Assembly (NCBI RefSeq): GCF_020745735.1 | Contig: NC_083416.1 | Location: 66,737,131-66,801,130, forward strand | Length of the DNA stretch: 64,000 nt | Direction of reading: 5' to 3' | Origin: Hemiscyllium ocellatum | Taxonomy: Eukaryota | Shown here: one piece after another, positions 12,283 to 27,189 of the stretch | Numbering within the stretch: position 1 is the stretch's first letter | Layout of the letters: every line of letters begins with the position of its first letter | Position numbers and translations under genes: made by a program | Notes under the pieces: generated by a model | What the model was told of the DNA's origin: nothing | Seen by the model: only the letters and a program-made list of their open reading frames with translations | Database searches by the model: none

Positions 12283-13995
12283 GAGAGTCATGGTCATAGA
12301 ATCACACAGCATGGAAGCAAACCCTTCGGCCCAACTTGTCCAAATCGTACAGATTTCCAAAACGGAATTAGTCCCATTTGCCTGCATTTGTTCAACATCC
12401 CTCTCAACCTTTCCTATCCGTGTTTCCGTCCAAATGTTTCTTTAAATGGTATAATTGTACTCACCTCCACCACTTTCTCTGGCAACACGTTCCATATCCA
12501 CATCATCCTCTGTGTGAACAAATTGCCCCTCAAGTCCTTTATAAATCTTTCTCCTCTCATCTTAAACCTATGACCTGAAGAAAAGACCTTGGCACTCACC
12601 TTATCTCTATCCCTCATGATATTATAAACCTCCATGAGGTCACCCCTCAGCCTCCTGGGCCCCAGAGAAAAAAAAACCCAGGTTATCCAGCCTCTCCCTT
12701 TAACTCAAACCCTACTGTCTCATTAACATCCTTGTAAATCTCTTTTTCTAGTTTCATAACATTCTTCCTATAGCAAGGTGACCAGAGTTATACGCAGTAG
12801 TCCAAATGTGGCCTTACCAATGTCTCATACAACGTAATATGGCGTCCTAGCTCCTATACTCAGTGCTCTGAACAATGAAGGCAAGCATGCCAAATGCCTT
12901 CTTCATCACCCTGTCTACCTGTGATACCACTTTCAAGGAACTATGTACCTGTACCCCTAGATCTCTCTATTTGACAACACTCAACAAAGACCAACCATTA
13001 AATATACAAGTCCTGCTATAGTTTGTCTTATCAAAATGAAATATCTTGAATTTATCTAAATTAATGGCCTACTGACCCAATTGATCAAGATCCTATTGTA
13101 CTCTTAGATAATCTTCTTCACTGTTTATGTTACCACCAATTTTGGTATCATCTGCAAACTTACTAACCGTATCCTTTATATTCTCATCAAAATCTTTTAC
13201 ATAAATGATGAATAAAAGTAGACCCTGCACTGGTCCTTGCAGCACACAGTTGGTTACAGGCCCCAGTCTGAACAGTAACACTGTGACACCACCCTCTGTC
13301 TACTACTATCAAGCCAATTTTGTATCCAATCAGCTAGCTCTCCCTGGATCCAGTGTAATCTAATCTTACTACCCAGTCTGCCATATGGAACTTGCTTTAT
13401 TAAACTTTAGCCTTGCTAAAGCTCTGCTTTCACCTATTTCTTTGGTCAACTTTTCAAAAAACCCAAGTGAGTTTGAGAGACACAATTTCCCACTCACAGA
13501 GCCATGCTGACTCTCCCTAATCAGTCCTCGCCATTCCAAATGCATGAATGGGTCATTCTGCTATAATGCACAATTCATTAATGCAAATTTACTGTAACGT
13601 GATTGATGAATTGAGGACACTGTTTCTAAAGAGCAGGCTTTTAAAATGTGGGTTGACTGTAATGCGATTATATCGTCAACAATTTAAGTGCTGTTTTAAA
13701 GCTTGATTTTTCTGTAATGTTAGGTTGTATAAGATTGCAATCATCACATTGTAGAAGAACTACCTGTAGATCCTGTTTCTCATAGTCCCCTCCAACAGCT
13801 TACCCACCACTGACATTCTCAATAAATTCAATACAATTCAATTCAATTCAATTCAATTTCTGGCTTTTTCTTGCAACCTTTCTTAAATATAGGCACAACA
13901 TCATCCACCCTCCTGTCTTCTAACACCTCATCCATGGCTATCAATGACACAAGGGCCCTACAATTTCTTCCACGGGTTCCCACTTTGTCCTGTAA
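12283..13995 (-). mobile_element. CR1-clade LINE, decayed, interrupted by a MITE
   Basis: LQGPVQG, SKFADDTKIGG, GHRFKMRGERF..DLRGNLFTQR. Confidence 0.88.
13548..13769. mobile_element. Tigger/pogo-type MITE
   Basis: Imperfect TIRs (GGGTCATTCTGCTATAATG ... CATTGTAGAAGAACTACCTGTA); inserted within the CR1, whose sequence resumes after it. Confidence 0.55.
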
Positions 13996-16900
13996 TACAT
14001 CCAGTCACATCCTGGTGATTACATTTGGCCCAATTCACTTCTGTATACCACAGAGTGCAGAATAACTTCCCACTTTCTTTTCATATTCATCAGTTCTAAT
14101 CTGCATCAGCATAGCATTGCTGTAATTAGATGTCTTCTCTGAAGGACAGTTCCACAGCCCTGTATACAAATGCAGGTTCAAGCTAAGTGTCACAATTTGC
14201 AGCACATATTATAAATAAATAATTTGATTTCAGCAAGCAAAAAACATTCCCAAACTGTCCAAGTTATTCTGGCACCTAATGTGGTATCATCACTGTCTCA
14301 CTCACAGTTAGAACAATTACAAGAATTCATAGAAAGCATAGCCCCTCAGAAAGTCACGATGTTGGGTTTTCATTACAAAATGCTTGTTTATTCTTGAAAT
14401 TTCATCACTGATGTGCTTTGATTTCAAACACTCCGCCTCAGGGAGGCATTAAACAAAGGCGAAGTCAATCTGTGAAAAAGGAAAAGCAGAATCTAACAAA
14501 TGCTGCCAACCGGTCACTTTTGCACCTTCCTTATGGGTCCATTATCGAGTGATATTGTCAAAGGCTTGCGAGCAAGTCTTTAACCTTCAATTTCCATTGA
14601 GGATGCGGCAGGGAAATTAGGGTTTTTCAATAAAGGGAGAACCAATGATGAACTCATCATCAAAAAGAAGCATGTTTACAGCAATGTTAGCTGCTGTGTC
14701 TGCCAGAAATTCATCATGTTTATCCCAAATATTTTATTGCTTGCACAAGAATTGAGGGTAGTTGTGTTGCTAATGAGCAACAATTTGCCAGATGTTGTTG
14801 ATGGTATTTCAAATTATGGATAATGACAGTGTTTGCAATGGTAAGAGGTCGTTACACAGTAATTCTCCTTACAGCGTTCTTGCTGGAGCAACACATGTTG
14901 GATGTGTTTATCTGAAATGAGGAGATTGATATTAAACATAAACATGCTGGGGAGGAGAGAGGAAGTGAAATTAGTTCTGTTTTACCTTTTCCTGATTTTG
15001 GCGATGGACAAATGTGATTTATACCAAAAGAAAGGACACAAGGTAGCAACAAAAGAATGCTTGAAAGGATGTGACAAATAAGGAGAAAAGAACAGATAAC
15101 AAGGAGAACAAAATCTAGTTAAGAAGAAAAACTATGTATGAGTAAAAGAGGCTGTCAGGAGGTTTATTTCTTGAGATAACTATATAAAGCCTTGTGATCC
15201 TTTGCTGGTGTGATATTCACTTTGATAAGCAAAGTCGACATTTATTTACACTAGATGAACCCAAGGTGAAGACAGTCAGACCTTCTGGGTTGTTTCTGGG
15301 GTTATGTTCACCAGAGTTGAATGGGATTTGTCAGTTTGGTGGGGAAACAAAAACAGGCTGCCACAAGGGGTATTTGTTTTTTAAGTGATGGAGCACTGAT
15401 TTAAAATATTCATAAAGTAACTGTGGTTAATCATAGCTTATGGTCCACCATAAACTTTCAAGAATGCAAAGAGTATTCTTTCAGTTAGCTCAAAAAGCTG
15501 GAATAATGAAAAGTCATTTTCCACAGATCTTCCATTCCTCTTGTAAAGTACCTCAGAAACAGCAAATCTTTCACCGATGAGAATTGGACAGTTATTAACA
15601 ATCCTCCGAGTGCATTTGCCCAAAAGAAAATCTGCAGCTCTTTCTGACACAGCACAGTGCATCAATGCAGCACCACTCATAAACATTTTACTCCAACCAT
15701 TTGTCCGAGTTGCCCCAGGACCTTTTATACAGTTTGTTAGGACTGAGATTTCTAAACATGATGGTTATCTGCGGTGAATTTCAGATAGCTGATTGGAATA
15801 GAATAAACTTTTATCAAGCGTGAACCAACCTTAACATTTCTCATCTCATCCATTCATGGCGGTAATATTTGATTGTGATCTTAAAATCTATGGAGCAGGT
15901 GGAGTGGAAAGTGATGTGATGTCTTAACTTGAGTTTGGGCATGAGATGTATTCATTACTGTCATTCTCCAATATAGGTTCAGTCACAACTGTAAGGTCAC
16001 CTGCCTGTGCAACTGAAGAATAATTAAAGACTTTAAAATGAAGATGTAATCCATTGCCATATAAAAACAGACAGAGGAAATCCAGCTGATACAAACACTG
16101 ATATGGAGATGCAGCCATAGATAATGCAAAGACAATCAAACACTTAATTTGAGAACATGACAAATATCGCAATTAATTAAATTATGATAATTACTTTGTA
16201 ATAAAGGGTAGACAAAGAATGAATAATTTATGTGAAAATGTTTCACCTTTCAAATTTGCCATTGCCATTTCTAATAGATTAGTAAAGTGATCTGGTTAAG
16301 AACTGATAATAACAACACCTTCCCAAAATGTATCAGGTTCATCAGTCCTCTGCCCTTCTCTACTGCTCTCCAGTTTTCAATATCATAAAGCAATTTGTAA
16401 TGGGCTGCATTCCTCTCCTCTAGGCTCCTTTACTCTGTTCAGTTACCTCCATGCTCAGCTTTGGCATACACTTCAATCTATCACACAATAATCCTTGACA
16501 CACATAACAGTTTAGATAGTAGAATCATTGACACAGCAGTTCATCCAAAATCCCTAAATATTTTTATACCAGACTCAATCACGTAGTGCAGATTATGAGC
16601 ACCCACATATTACGTTCCAGCACCATAAACAGCTTCGAACTGGAATGAGTCACCTGCCACAATCATATGTATATTGCAACCTTTCACATAATGCCATCAT
16701 ATGTTACATCACAGTTTTTCACATACCGCAACCATGGATACATCAAAACCAGACAAATATATTGATCAGCTGGACACAGGCGTCTGCACTAATAACAGGC
16801 ACACACCACAATTATTTGAATACCTGCAACTACTTGTAAACTGCAACTGCAATTTGTATACTAGCAAGAGACACATAGCTATTACTGTATACCAGAAAGG

Positions 16901-17377
16901 TTCATAAATTGAAATTACCTATATATCTTTTTTTAAACCAACCTGTTGCTACATGTTATGCTTTACCTCTGGTGCAGATGGGGCTTGAAGCTAGTCCTTC
17001 TGGCTCTGAGGCAGGAATACTGCCTTCTGCCACAGGAGCCCATCACTAATTTATCTTTTGCTCTCATTTTCTCTATACCTGGAAGTGCTGTCACATGCAA
17101 CTGAATGGCTTTATCCAACAGATTTGAATGGAATTTCTCAAGACAGACTCATGCAGATTTGTGGGGATTGATTTTCAGCTTATGTCTGGGAGCCCAATGC
17201 TTGGTTAATTTCTAGGCCCTGACCCTGCAAGGCAACCTTAAGATGTAAATAGTCTAACTTGGTGACTTGGTATCAGTTAGCAGGGAATTGAGCATTACAA
17301 GGAGGCAGAAGTTACCTTGACTAGATCCATAGCAAGGGCAGACAAGCTAATAAGGTAGCAAGCTGTCTGGCTTTCAG

Positions 17378-18691
17378 GACAACTCCATACAACCCTGTCA
17401 TGGTAGGCGCTGCAAGACATGTCAGAGTGTGGACATGGATACCACCATTACATGTGGGGCTCCTTCCACCATGTACGTGGCAGGTACTCATGTGACTCAG
17501 CCAACGTTGTCTATCTTATGCGTTGCAGGCAAGGATGCCCTGAGGCATGGAACATTGGGGAAACCAAGCAAAGGCTACGGCAACTGATGAATGGGCACCG
17601 CACAACAATCAACAGACAAAAGTTTTCCCTCCCAGTTGGGAAACAATTCAGTGGTCCAGGACATTCAGACTCAGACCTTCGGGTGACCATCCTCCAAGGC
17701 TGACTTCAGGACAGGCAGCAGTGAAAAGTGGCCGAGCAGAGGCTGATAGCTAAGTTCCATACCCATAGGGAGGGCCTCAACTGGGACCTTGGGTTCATGT
17801 TACACTACAGGTGACCACCATTGCACTATATACACACACAGACATTCCAACACATACATGCGCGCATACAGGCACTCCAATACACACACACACACACACA
17901 GGGACATGTACACAGACACTCACACACTCTCACATGCATCCTCTCACAGGTTAGACACTCTACACTCACGCACACACATGTACACTCTCTCTCACAGACA
18001 CTCACAACCCCCCACCCCAGACACACACAGACACTCTCACACTCACACATGCACCCTCTCAAAGACTTAAAACACTCTACACTCACATACACACACATAT
18101 ACACTCTCTCTCACACTCATACCTCCCCCAACTCAGACAGACAGACACACACACATACATATAAAGACTCACATGCACACATATACGTATATTTTGTTGG
18201 GTGAATTTGTACTTGCAGAGTTTCATTGTACTTTGCTCAAAACCTGCATGAATTCATGTAAAACTCTGTTATCTCACTTTTTAGATTAGAATCAATCTAA
18301 ACATCATGGCATAGACAGAGAAAACAGGGGGCTAACACCTTCAACATATTGTCTAGCTAACACCAATTGTTATAGTTAACCTGAGAATGCAACTATTTAA
18401 AAAAAGTTTTGCGATTTACACATGAAAGAAGTGAAACTATCATGGCATTCGAACAGATGAAAGACTCAACAGACAATCAAGGTATTTTTCAATGTATAAT
18501 TTCAGTTACATCACACTGTAAATTTTTGCTATAAAATCTGTGCTTTATGTTTGCATCCTCCACAACCACCTGATGAAGGAGCGATGGTCAGAAAGCTAGT
18601 GTGCTTCCAATTAAATCTGTTGGACTATAACCTGGTGTTGTGTGATTTTTAACTTTGTATACCCCAGTCCAACACCGACATCTTCAAATCA
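17378..18691 (+). mobile_element. Penelope-like element (family 2) 3' part: GIY-YIG end, CA-rich UTR, pLTR with hammerhead motif
   Basis: YSCDSANVVYLMRCRQGCPEAWNIGETKQRLRQLMNGHR; (CA)-rich 17830-18185; CAC-CUGAUGA...GAAAGCUA-GUG at 18567-18603. Confidence 0.9.
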
Positions 18692-19150
18692 AGGTAGATT
18701 TGATTTCAGTTGGCAAGGTTGTGGTTTTTTTTCTATGGTTAATCATCATCTACCATGAGGAGACATTCGCTACTTCATGAAATTGAAGTCTGTACAATTA
18801 GTTGGTCATGAAATTGGTTCATTGGCCAGTGTACAAACTTTACAGGTAAAAGTCAATTGCTACAACATTGCCCTGTATTCATAAATGCTTGACCATCTTC
18901 CTAGTATCTCTGTTGGAATATATATCTTCAGATGATCTCATTTTTCTTGGTTTCAAGATAGTAAATATGCTTGAAAACTGCCACATCAAATATATCTTCT
19001 GTAAACTGCTCAAACATTTGTCGATCTTGTGCTCTAAGACAATGCAAGTGTATTTTATTTTTGTGGACTATTCTTTCATCTAGACTGTCCATCCCTGTAG
19101 GGAGCAAGTAAGTCTTGAAAATCCATCAAACCTACCACTATGTGAGGACC

Positions 19151-19835
19151 TGTTAGAACTGATTATGGAAATAATTACATACACCAAGCCACCTTTTATT
19201 TACATGTGGAGAGTCCTTGATACTGACCCAGCTCCTTCAAAGCCAGCTCTCAGGGCGAACAGAATGTTTGATACGCCTGTTCTGGTCTATCAGCCAGGGG
19301 TCCCTGATTGGACTCAGTTAACAGCCCCAATCAGGGAACTCATATTCTATAAGGTTCACCTGGCTGACCTCGTTACATCTCTCCAACTCAAAGTCCAAAA
19401 GTATAGACCGGTTCTTTTTTCAGTAACTCTGCCTGGGACATTTTAACACCAGGTCAGGTTTTTCCAATTCACCTCTGATTTGGGTGGTGTGTGACACGCA
19501 GTAGCTTGCTTCTTGTGCCCGGACCATCTCGGAAGAAATTAATTCTCTTCTTCAGGCAGCAAATGCATCGAGGCTGCAACATCCGCCATGTCCATCTCAG
19601 ATTCCGAGGTATCTTCAACGCTTGATAGAGAAGGATAACCCACAGGTTTCGGGACAGTTGGAAAGGTTATCAAAGATCAGGGCACGTTTTGCTCCTGCAC
19701 TACTTGCAAGTTTGTGGCTTTCATATGGTCCACGTGCTTGTTCGGACCTGGCGCATCTACCCGAACTTTATACATCACTGGACCTGACCTTGCGTCGACC
19801 ACACCTCTTATCCATGCAGGGCCATTCCCATGATT
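19151..19835 (-). mobile_element. Gypsy LTR retrotransposon 3' fragment: integrase C-terminus, PPT and 3' LTR (about 19151-19377)
   Basis: GPAWIRGVVDARSGPVMYKVRV...KHVDHM; purine tract followed by TGTAAC at 19377; AATAAA in LTR; probable CA end at 19151. Confidence 0.75.
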
Positions 19836-19897
19836 AGTTATTAAGCCTGCATTACCCATTACTAGATCAAGGATAGCCTGTTCCCTGGTTGGTCCCA
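19836..19897 (-). mobile_element. CR1 endonuclease fragment
   Basis: PTREQAILDLVMGN. Confidence 0.6.
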
Positions 19898-19904
19898 TGG
19901 CATT

Positions 19905-20237
19905 ACTCGAAGACTGAGGAAACACTTCAAGGATTTCTTCAAAGCAACCCTGAACATATGCAATATTCCTACCTTCTGAATCTCGGGTCCAAGACCACCA
20001 ATTTGGAAAAGAAGCATCTGTGAAGGAGGCAACCACCTGATCATTTTTGACAGGCCGAGATAGAGGCCAAGGACCGACAGTGAAAGAAGAATGCAGAATC
20101 CAAGCAGCCCACCAACTCATTTCAACAAACACCTGATGGCCCACCTGTGTCAGTGGATTATTCAGTCAGCACAGGACCCACAATACCAGAGTGGAAGAAA
20201 CATCATCTCCAATCCCAAAGAACTACCTGAGAAGAAG
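19905..20237 (+). mobile_element. RTE-clade LINE 3' end
   Basis: RKHFKDFFKATLNICNIP and WKRSICEG resemble the RTE C-terminus; ends in GAAGAAG tail. Confidence 0.65.
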
Positions 20238-23200
20238 TATTCACTGGTTTGTTGTGTATTTCATGTATTTGACTTAATTCACAGAAGGATAAAGATGACA
20301 TTAGTTCGAATCTACAACAGGCATACTGGGAGCAGTTTCGAATGTCTCAGCTATCACAAGATTTCTACATACATCATCATAACTGTGAACATTCTCACAG
20401 CTTCTATTTGCTTTAGCTCTCAGAGGCTATTCTCAAGCTTATTCAACCAAATGTGGTAAACACAAATCAGTCAACAGTCTCATGTCATTAAATGTAGACC
20501 AATTAAACCATTAAACACTGTACGTGTGGCTTTGAACTCTTCCTTATTTTGGATACACACAACAAGGAAGTTAGCCTAATTTTTAGAAACAAGCTGTCAC
20601 TTTGGCAACAACTTTCTGCGTGAGGATATAAAAAAGCAGCAGCTTGCTGAACAAATGGATCTGCCAAGGATATAACACAAAATATAGAGGGACTATTCTG
20701 TTTGGATTAGATGTAGAAGCTTGCTCAGTCACAGTGCCATTAGTTGCTCCAATAGGTGACCCTGAGTACCCTACTTCTCTGGATATTGACTCATGCGCTC
20801 CCAGAACTGCAGAAATAGAAACAGGGAAGTAGCAGTGAAACTTTCATGTGATCTTTGTGGAGAAATTGTTGATTAGCAATAGTCTAACCTCTATGAGATA
20901 GATAGAAGTGATGTTCCAGGCTCTTCAGATAAAACTTTCTCACTGAAATGAACTCCCGACTGCAGCAAGTATGCTGCCATAAAATTGAGGGGTGAGGCCC
21001 ATTAACCATCCATTTGTGTTGCTTTCACACATTTTCAGCCAATGTCAGGAAGTCACTGATATTAGCAAAACCCTGTCTAACATATCTTTTTCATGTATCC
21101 TGATAATCGACACATTCTGCTCCCTTTTGCACTTTGCTTGTGTATTCCATATGCTTTCATACATTGTTTTACCTGCTTTGTGGATAATTTGTAGTTCAGA
21201 GATAACACTGGAGTATTTTATCGTATATAGAAAAGGGAGAGTATTGTGTTGACAGGTCAGCTTTATAATGTTGAAGAGATAATGAGTCAGTATTATTCTG
21301 AGGCAGTATTAAACTGATAGGTATTCTTCATAATAATCAAACATTTCTCCAAAAGGTACAAATAAATATGAGTGATATGTACTGATGTGTAGAGTAGCAA
21401 CCATGAATTCTCAACTTTTATGTACATTTTCTGAGATAGCAAGAGTTAGGGAGCTGCAAGTATGAAAGTCAAATTTGCCTATTGAGTCTATTATTTCTAT
21501 ATTACAGCCCTATCTTTAATTTCATGGTGGTTTTCAGATCATTCAACTTCACAGACTCTAGCAATCAAAGGAAAACCCCCATGCTGATTAACTGAAGGTT
21601 ACTCCAGTTACTATTAGTGATTAAGTCACTGAAGCTTTTTTTTTAAATCATAACCTTCCAAACTCAATCTCTGACACTTATTTTCACACAAGGACTTTGA
21701 TCTATGTTCTTAGCTGCGGTTTAAAACCACATACAATGTTTCATTTCTACCATATTTAGAACAAAGATCTTCTTTTACACAAAATTTAAACCACTGAGAT
21801 TTAGACCCAAGATTGCAAAAATTGAACAGTGAAGTCGAAATAGGAGAAGTTTAAAGGAACTGGATTGTCTTTGCAAAAGATAAACGCAGTCAATATGGAG
21901 ATATATCCCTTCAAACAAAGCTCAACAAAGCTTTTGGTATAATTATGCTTTTGAATATTTCAAAAATACTCTAGAGTTTTCACTCATAAAGATGTTTGAA
22001 ATGAAATTGTTCTAAAGATTATAATATACTTTGTAGCCACTGTTATAATGAATGCTAACATAGTCTGCACTGAGTTTTGTCTTGAATTCTTTCTTGAAAG
22101 CCTTTTTGAGTGAGTTTAAAGAAAGAAAGAACTTGAATTTATATATGGAGATGTTCACAAACTCAGATGTCCCAAATGTGCCAGACAGCCGTTAGATTTT
22201 TAACATAAAACTGGGGCCAATTCCTTGCTCTTTTTTGAAATAGTGCAGTGTAATTTTTTTACCCCCACCCAGGAGGGTAGGAAACCTTTGTTTCTCACCT
22301 CACCTAAAGGAAGGTGCTTCCTGCAGTGTGGTGCTTTATCAGTCACATGCTCATTATATGCTCAGGCATCTAGCATGGGACCTGAACCAACAACCTTCTT
22401 TAAAATCTTAATATATTGTGACAGCTCTTACAACAAGTTTAATGAATTGAATATATCAGGTCCATCTCCACTGAGAAATTAATATGCATCGAGAGAATAT
22501 CATAATTGAAAATCACATATGTTAATAAAAACAGGTGGCAAGTTCCATTAAGTATAAAGGTCACTCTACAAAGGAAAGATTGATGACAAGGAAATTCTTA
22601 CCAGAATGAAAAGACTGCTGTCTACTATGAGTTCTTGCCTGAATGTATCCTTTTCAAACCCAGAAGATCTTTTTGACTATGCTTTGATAAAATTCACACT
22701 TAGTGAGAATAAGAGCAGTCAACTTCCACAATCGAGACGTTATCTCTGATGATGATATTACCATGACATAATGGAGGTATTGATTGGACCCCAAGGTGTG
22801 TATTACTGATTTACCTTTGTTAGTCCCATCAGCTTAGTTTGAAACACGCACAGGAAATAATTAGAAAAGAACAGAAGTAATACAAAATTAAATGCTGGCA
22901 TTTGGTTTCTTACATGATACCAGATTACTGTGTCCTTTTATGAAACTTAACTTTTGGTCTAATTTCTCTGACTGGAAACAAATCTCTACCTTGCTGTGTA
23001 AATGGTTCAATTGAACAAACTTGACTGCAAGAGTGGCTGATAGTTATAGAATCTTAAAAGAGATGTGTCGGTGCCTGAGTTGTGGGAGACATTTACAATG
23101 TCAGTCAGCATGATGTCAGGGAGGAAAGTTTGATGGTCAGTTGTTCTTTTGTTGTTCAGTTGGGAATGATGTTAAGTGAGCAAGGAATAAATCCTATGGA

Positions 23201-26200
23201 TCAGAAAAACTTGGAAAAAATAGGAGAGGAAATGTGGGAGAAACTAGAGAGATTTGAAGTTCCTGTTTGTAGCCTGATTTAAACAGATATATGCATGAGA
23301 CACCATGACTAAAACAAAAATATTACAGTCAGTTTAGATTATTGTAAATTGATCAATGAGATCTGAATTTTAAATAAAGTTGAGGCAAACGAAATCAATT
23401 TGTTTTTCTTGCTGCTGGCTGTAATAGTTCCACGTGATTACCTGGAGTTCTTATTTTCCAAACTAGTGCACTCTTCTAAGCTCTTTTAATATGAAATGTT
23501 TTGACTTTAAAATACTGCAAGTTAAGACTGATCATGATAATAAACAAGAGGCAGAAAGGTTATCCTATGCTAGGTTTGACTTTAATCCACCAAAGACGAC
23601 ACATTTTTGCAAAAGTCTTGTCTTTAAACTATCAAAATTCCTTTTCTCGTATGGCAAAATATCTCAACTCCAATACCATTCTGGAGGGCTAGGATAGCTC
23701 TTGTCTCCCTTTAGAACCATATCCTTAATTCAATCCCACTCAACCCACACTCCAACAACAACTGATGACGTCCATTGAGCTGTTTTTACCAAAATTGCCT
23801 TTTTTTTGGCCCATCAAGCCAACTATCAGAATGTTTTTGATAGCAAATTTCTTCCACATTTTCTCTTCTGCCCTCTTCAAACTTTTTCATGGAATCTACT
23901 TCCTGCTACTTAATGTAATTCTCAATATATAGATGACCATCAAACCCTCCCCCGGCACAAAACGGGTTGACAATGTGAATGTCCCCTACTTCTCAGGCAC
24001 CGACATCTGTCTTTCAAAAATTATAGATTTCAACTATTCCCTAAAAGAGCATCATCTGACCCTAAAACTTCACTGCCATTTCACTTCCAAAGCATATTGC
24101 CCATTCCTAAATTTATGGTCAACTTTCCAAACATGAATTACACTAATTAGGTTTCCATTCCGAGCATAGGTTTAAAATGATCTTAGTTTAAATGACATCC
24201 ACCTTTGCTGATGTTGATAAGATCTTTCTGTCTCAAGTTCTCTCCTCTGTTCTCCAGCTCACTGAGAATGCCTCACTTGGTTCCTTATCTTACTGTAGCC
24301 AGAGGATCTCCAGCATTAACATCTCTTTGCAGCTCCACAGCCATGCTGAAGGCAGCATCGCCCTTTCCCCAGATGTTTTGCCGGGGCAGCTATTTGGAAA
24401 TCTATTTTTCCTGGAGTTCACAGTTGCCAAAGCAAAAATCGATAAAATATTGCCTGCCATCATATTGAAAAAAAATCAGACTTTGTAATATACAAAGCTC
24501 TAATCACTATTATGCTATCTACAAGAAATGTTACATAGTATTGCTCAATGATGAATACTATAACATGGAATTAGACAAGCAGTGAAGATTCATGTACTTA
24601 TTGTATTTTCAAAGCACATTACAATCCAAATTTTCTACCAAATCTTTGCAACATTTCTCACAGGATTAATGTCACAGGACTATTCTGCTCAACACCTACC
24701 TCAAAAAGCATACTATTGTCATAAGTATACGTTGATGGTAGACTAAACGGACACCACCAAGAGTGTAAGATTTTACATTTCTAACATAATAGAAAAGATG
24801 GTCAGATGATTCTCTTGCCTTAAGCAATTACAGCAGGTACTACAATGGAATAGAATCAAATAGTGATGTACTGTTACAGTGAATTGTGATGTTTTTGATA
24901 ACAGCATACAATGGTTATTAATAAGGTCCAAGTCCTTATATTGGAAGGGAGCAGATCACCCTTAGTTACGACTGTCAGCCTTGCACATATTGCATTGTCA
25001 ATTCTTGTTGATTTTCACTGTAAACTGGTTATCTGTACATCCCCCATTGCTAAGGAGCTGACACTTGAGAGCAAGGCAAGCTGTGCTTGTGATAGAGGCA
25101 TCAATATTTATTGATTGAACTTCTCGGATAGGTGCAGGAGTAAGTTAAGTGAAATTCTTCCAGAACATACTGTGGGTGTGCTGTAAAAATAGGGTACAGC
25201 TTGTTTATCCATGATACCTATCTCATGTCACATCTATAAATCCCTTATGGTGCAAGCTACAGGAAAGTCACAACTTTGTGATAACAATGAGACTGTATAA
25301 TAAATGCTTTTCTCCTTTTTCTCCATAAATCGCCTGTTACTCTGCCACCAAGCTTTTCCATATGGATATTTACACAACCTCCAATTCATTTTATCTTTCA
25401 CACTATATCTTTATTAAGTTCTCCTCCACCTGCCCTAGTTATTACCCTTCAGACCCTGATGATTCCTTTCACCTTTAATTAAGTTCAAATCAATCCCCAA
25501 TGGTATTGTCTTCAAGCATTAGACTTCTGTCCTTTCATTGTGCTTTTAGTGGTGTGTGTATTTCTCTTTGATTCCCTGCATTAAAACTTTGCATCTACAG
25601 TCTCGATCACACATTATTGTCGCACCATGTAATACTGCAGGGGTGGGTGTGTCAAAAGCACGAATCGTATTTTTAGAAACCAAGGCATGGTTGGAAAAAA
25701 AAACATTGCTGCACCAGCAATATCAATTGGTGCACAGTCTCACAGTTTTAATGAAGAGTTCCAGAAAATGAATTAGAAGTTACTTTTGTAATTTATCATG
25801 TTTAATACTATTCATCAAAATGTGGAAAAAAAGCTGATAAACTGGGAGAGGTGCTGGTATGATTTTAATATGTGGGAATCCATTCATAAGGAATTAGGCT
25901 TGAAAGCATATTAATCTGAGAAAGGTGTAGGGAAATACCAGTTGCAATATTTGTAAACTGGAATTTTAATTTTATGTTGTTAAAATTAAATACTAATTTT
26001 ACATTTATGCATGTTGTAAATAATAGTGTTATGGGGTTTTATAAGGGAAAAATTATTTTTGAAATTGGACAGAAATTCTCTGTCATAATTCTATTGTGCA
26101 ACTTCCAGTGTGGCAGTTCCTAATTAACATCTGTGGGAGGATTTAAATGAAATGCTCTAGACGGCACACCATTATGAGAGAAGGCATGCCATTTGGTGAA

Positions 26201-26469
26201 AGCAGCATCTTGCAACAATTATAACATTCACCATGCTATCCTGAGCTTTGCATAGAGGAAGGAAAACAAAAAAAACATTGCAGTTTAGAAATTAAAGGTA
26301 AGATTGAAAAGAAAATCTTGAACTTATATAGCAACTTTCGCATCCTCAAGATTTCCGAATACTGATCGTATTTAATACATAGCATTTGAAGTTTAGTTGG
26401 CAACCAGTTTAAGCACTGCATGGTCCCCGAAATGGCAATGAGATTAATCAGTTTTTTTTTATTGTATTG

Positions 26470-27030
26470 CTTGAAAAATTTATAAATTTAGGACAAATTA
26501 AAGCAGAAAGTAGCAGATGTGATTCAAAAATTTGACAAAGGATAAAGATAGCCAACAGTAACTTCGTGACAACGAAGAATTTGTTAATAACATGAAAATT
26601 CAAGCTTGTGACAAGAGAAAAGTTCATAAAGTGCTTCATTGTCTCCACATTACTGAGTGCCTCAGAAATTTGGACAAGAAACAAAGGTCTTTGGAAGAAA
26701 ACAGTGGGCTTTGAAATGTAGATAAGATGCCAAATTTCTCAATACAAACCATGAGACACATGAAGAAATTGCAAATATAAAACAAACTCTAAAAAGTGGC
26801 AACACCCCCCCAGTAAAATCTATATTACGTGCATATAATCTGAGCTGAAAGAAAAAACTATGGAGTTTTTTTTATTGGGTGGCGTGGAGGACATCAGAAT
26901 GAGGCATCAACTTCAAAGTTGCAGAAGAACTACAATGGTATGTGAGGATGATGCAAGACAGACAATTGTGGCACAATGTCAGCATATCTCCAGCAGGAGT
27001 AGTTACAAGCTGCAGCATTGGTCAAGGAAT
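26470..27030 (+). mobile_element. Old RTE-clade LINE remnant
   Basis: RCDSKI*QRIKIANSNF...TREKFIKCFIVSTLLSASEIWT...WKKTVGFEM resembles RTE 'STLLYGAETWT...IEAFEMW'. Confidence 0.65.
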
Positions 27031-27189
27031 ATATGTAAATCAGAAGGACGAATGAAATCAAAAGAAATATACTGCAAACGCTGAAAGTCTGGTATAATAA
27101 CAGGCAGCATTGGTGTAAAGATTGACTGTTAATATATCAGTTCACTGATTTTTCATTTTATAGCTTCTTCTTCTTCTATGAAGGAAGCA

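Noticed and set aside
17789-18204. His/Thr-rich ORFs (also 55155-55433)
   Set aside because: Translation artefacts of the CA-rich PLE 3' UTR
22570-22750. Stop-free plus-strand frame GKIDDKEILTRMKRLL...DLFDYALIKF
   Set aside because: No good splice acceptor or donor, no partner exons and no recognised motif
24190-24490. Overlapping 87-98 aa ORFs; faint Myb/SANT-like wording on the minus strand
   Set aside because: No clear motif or splice support
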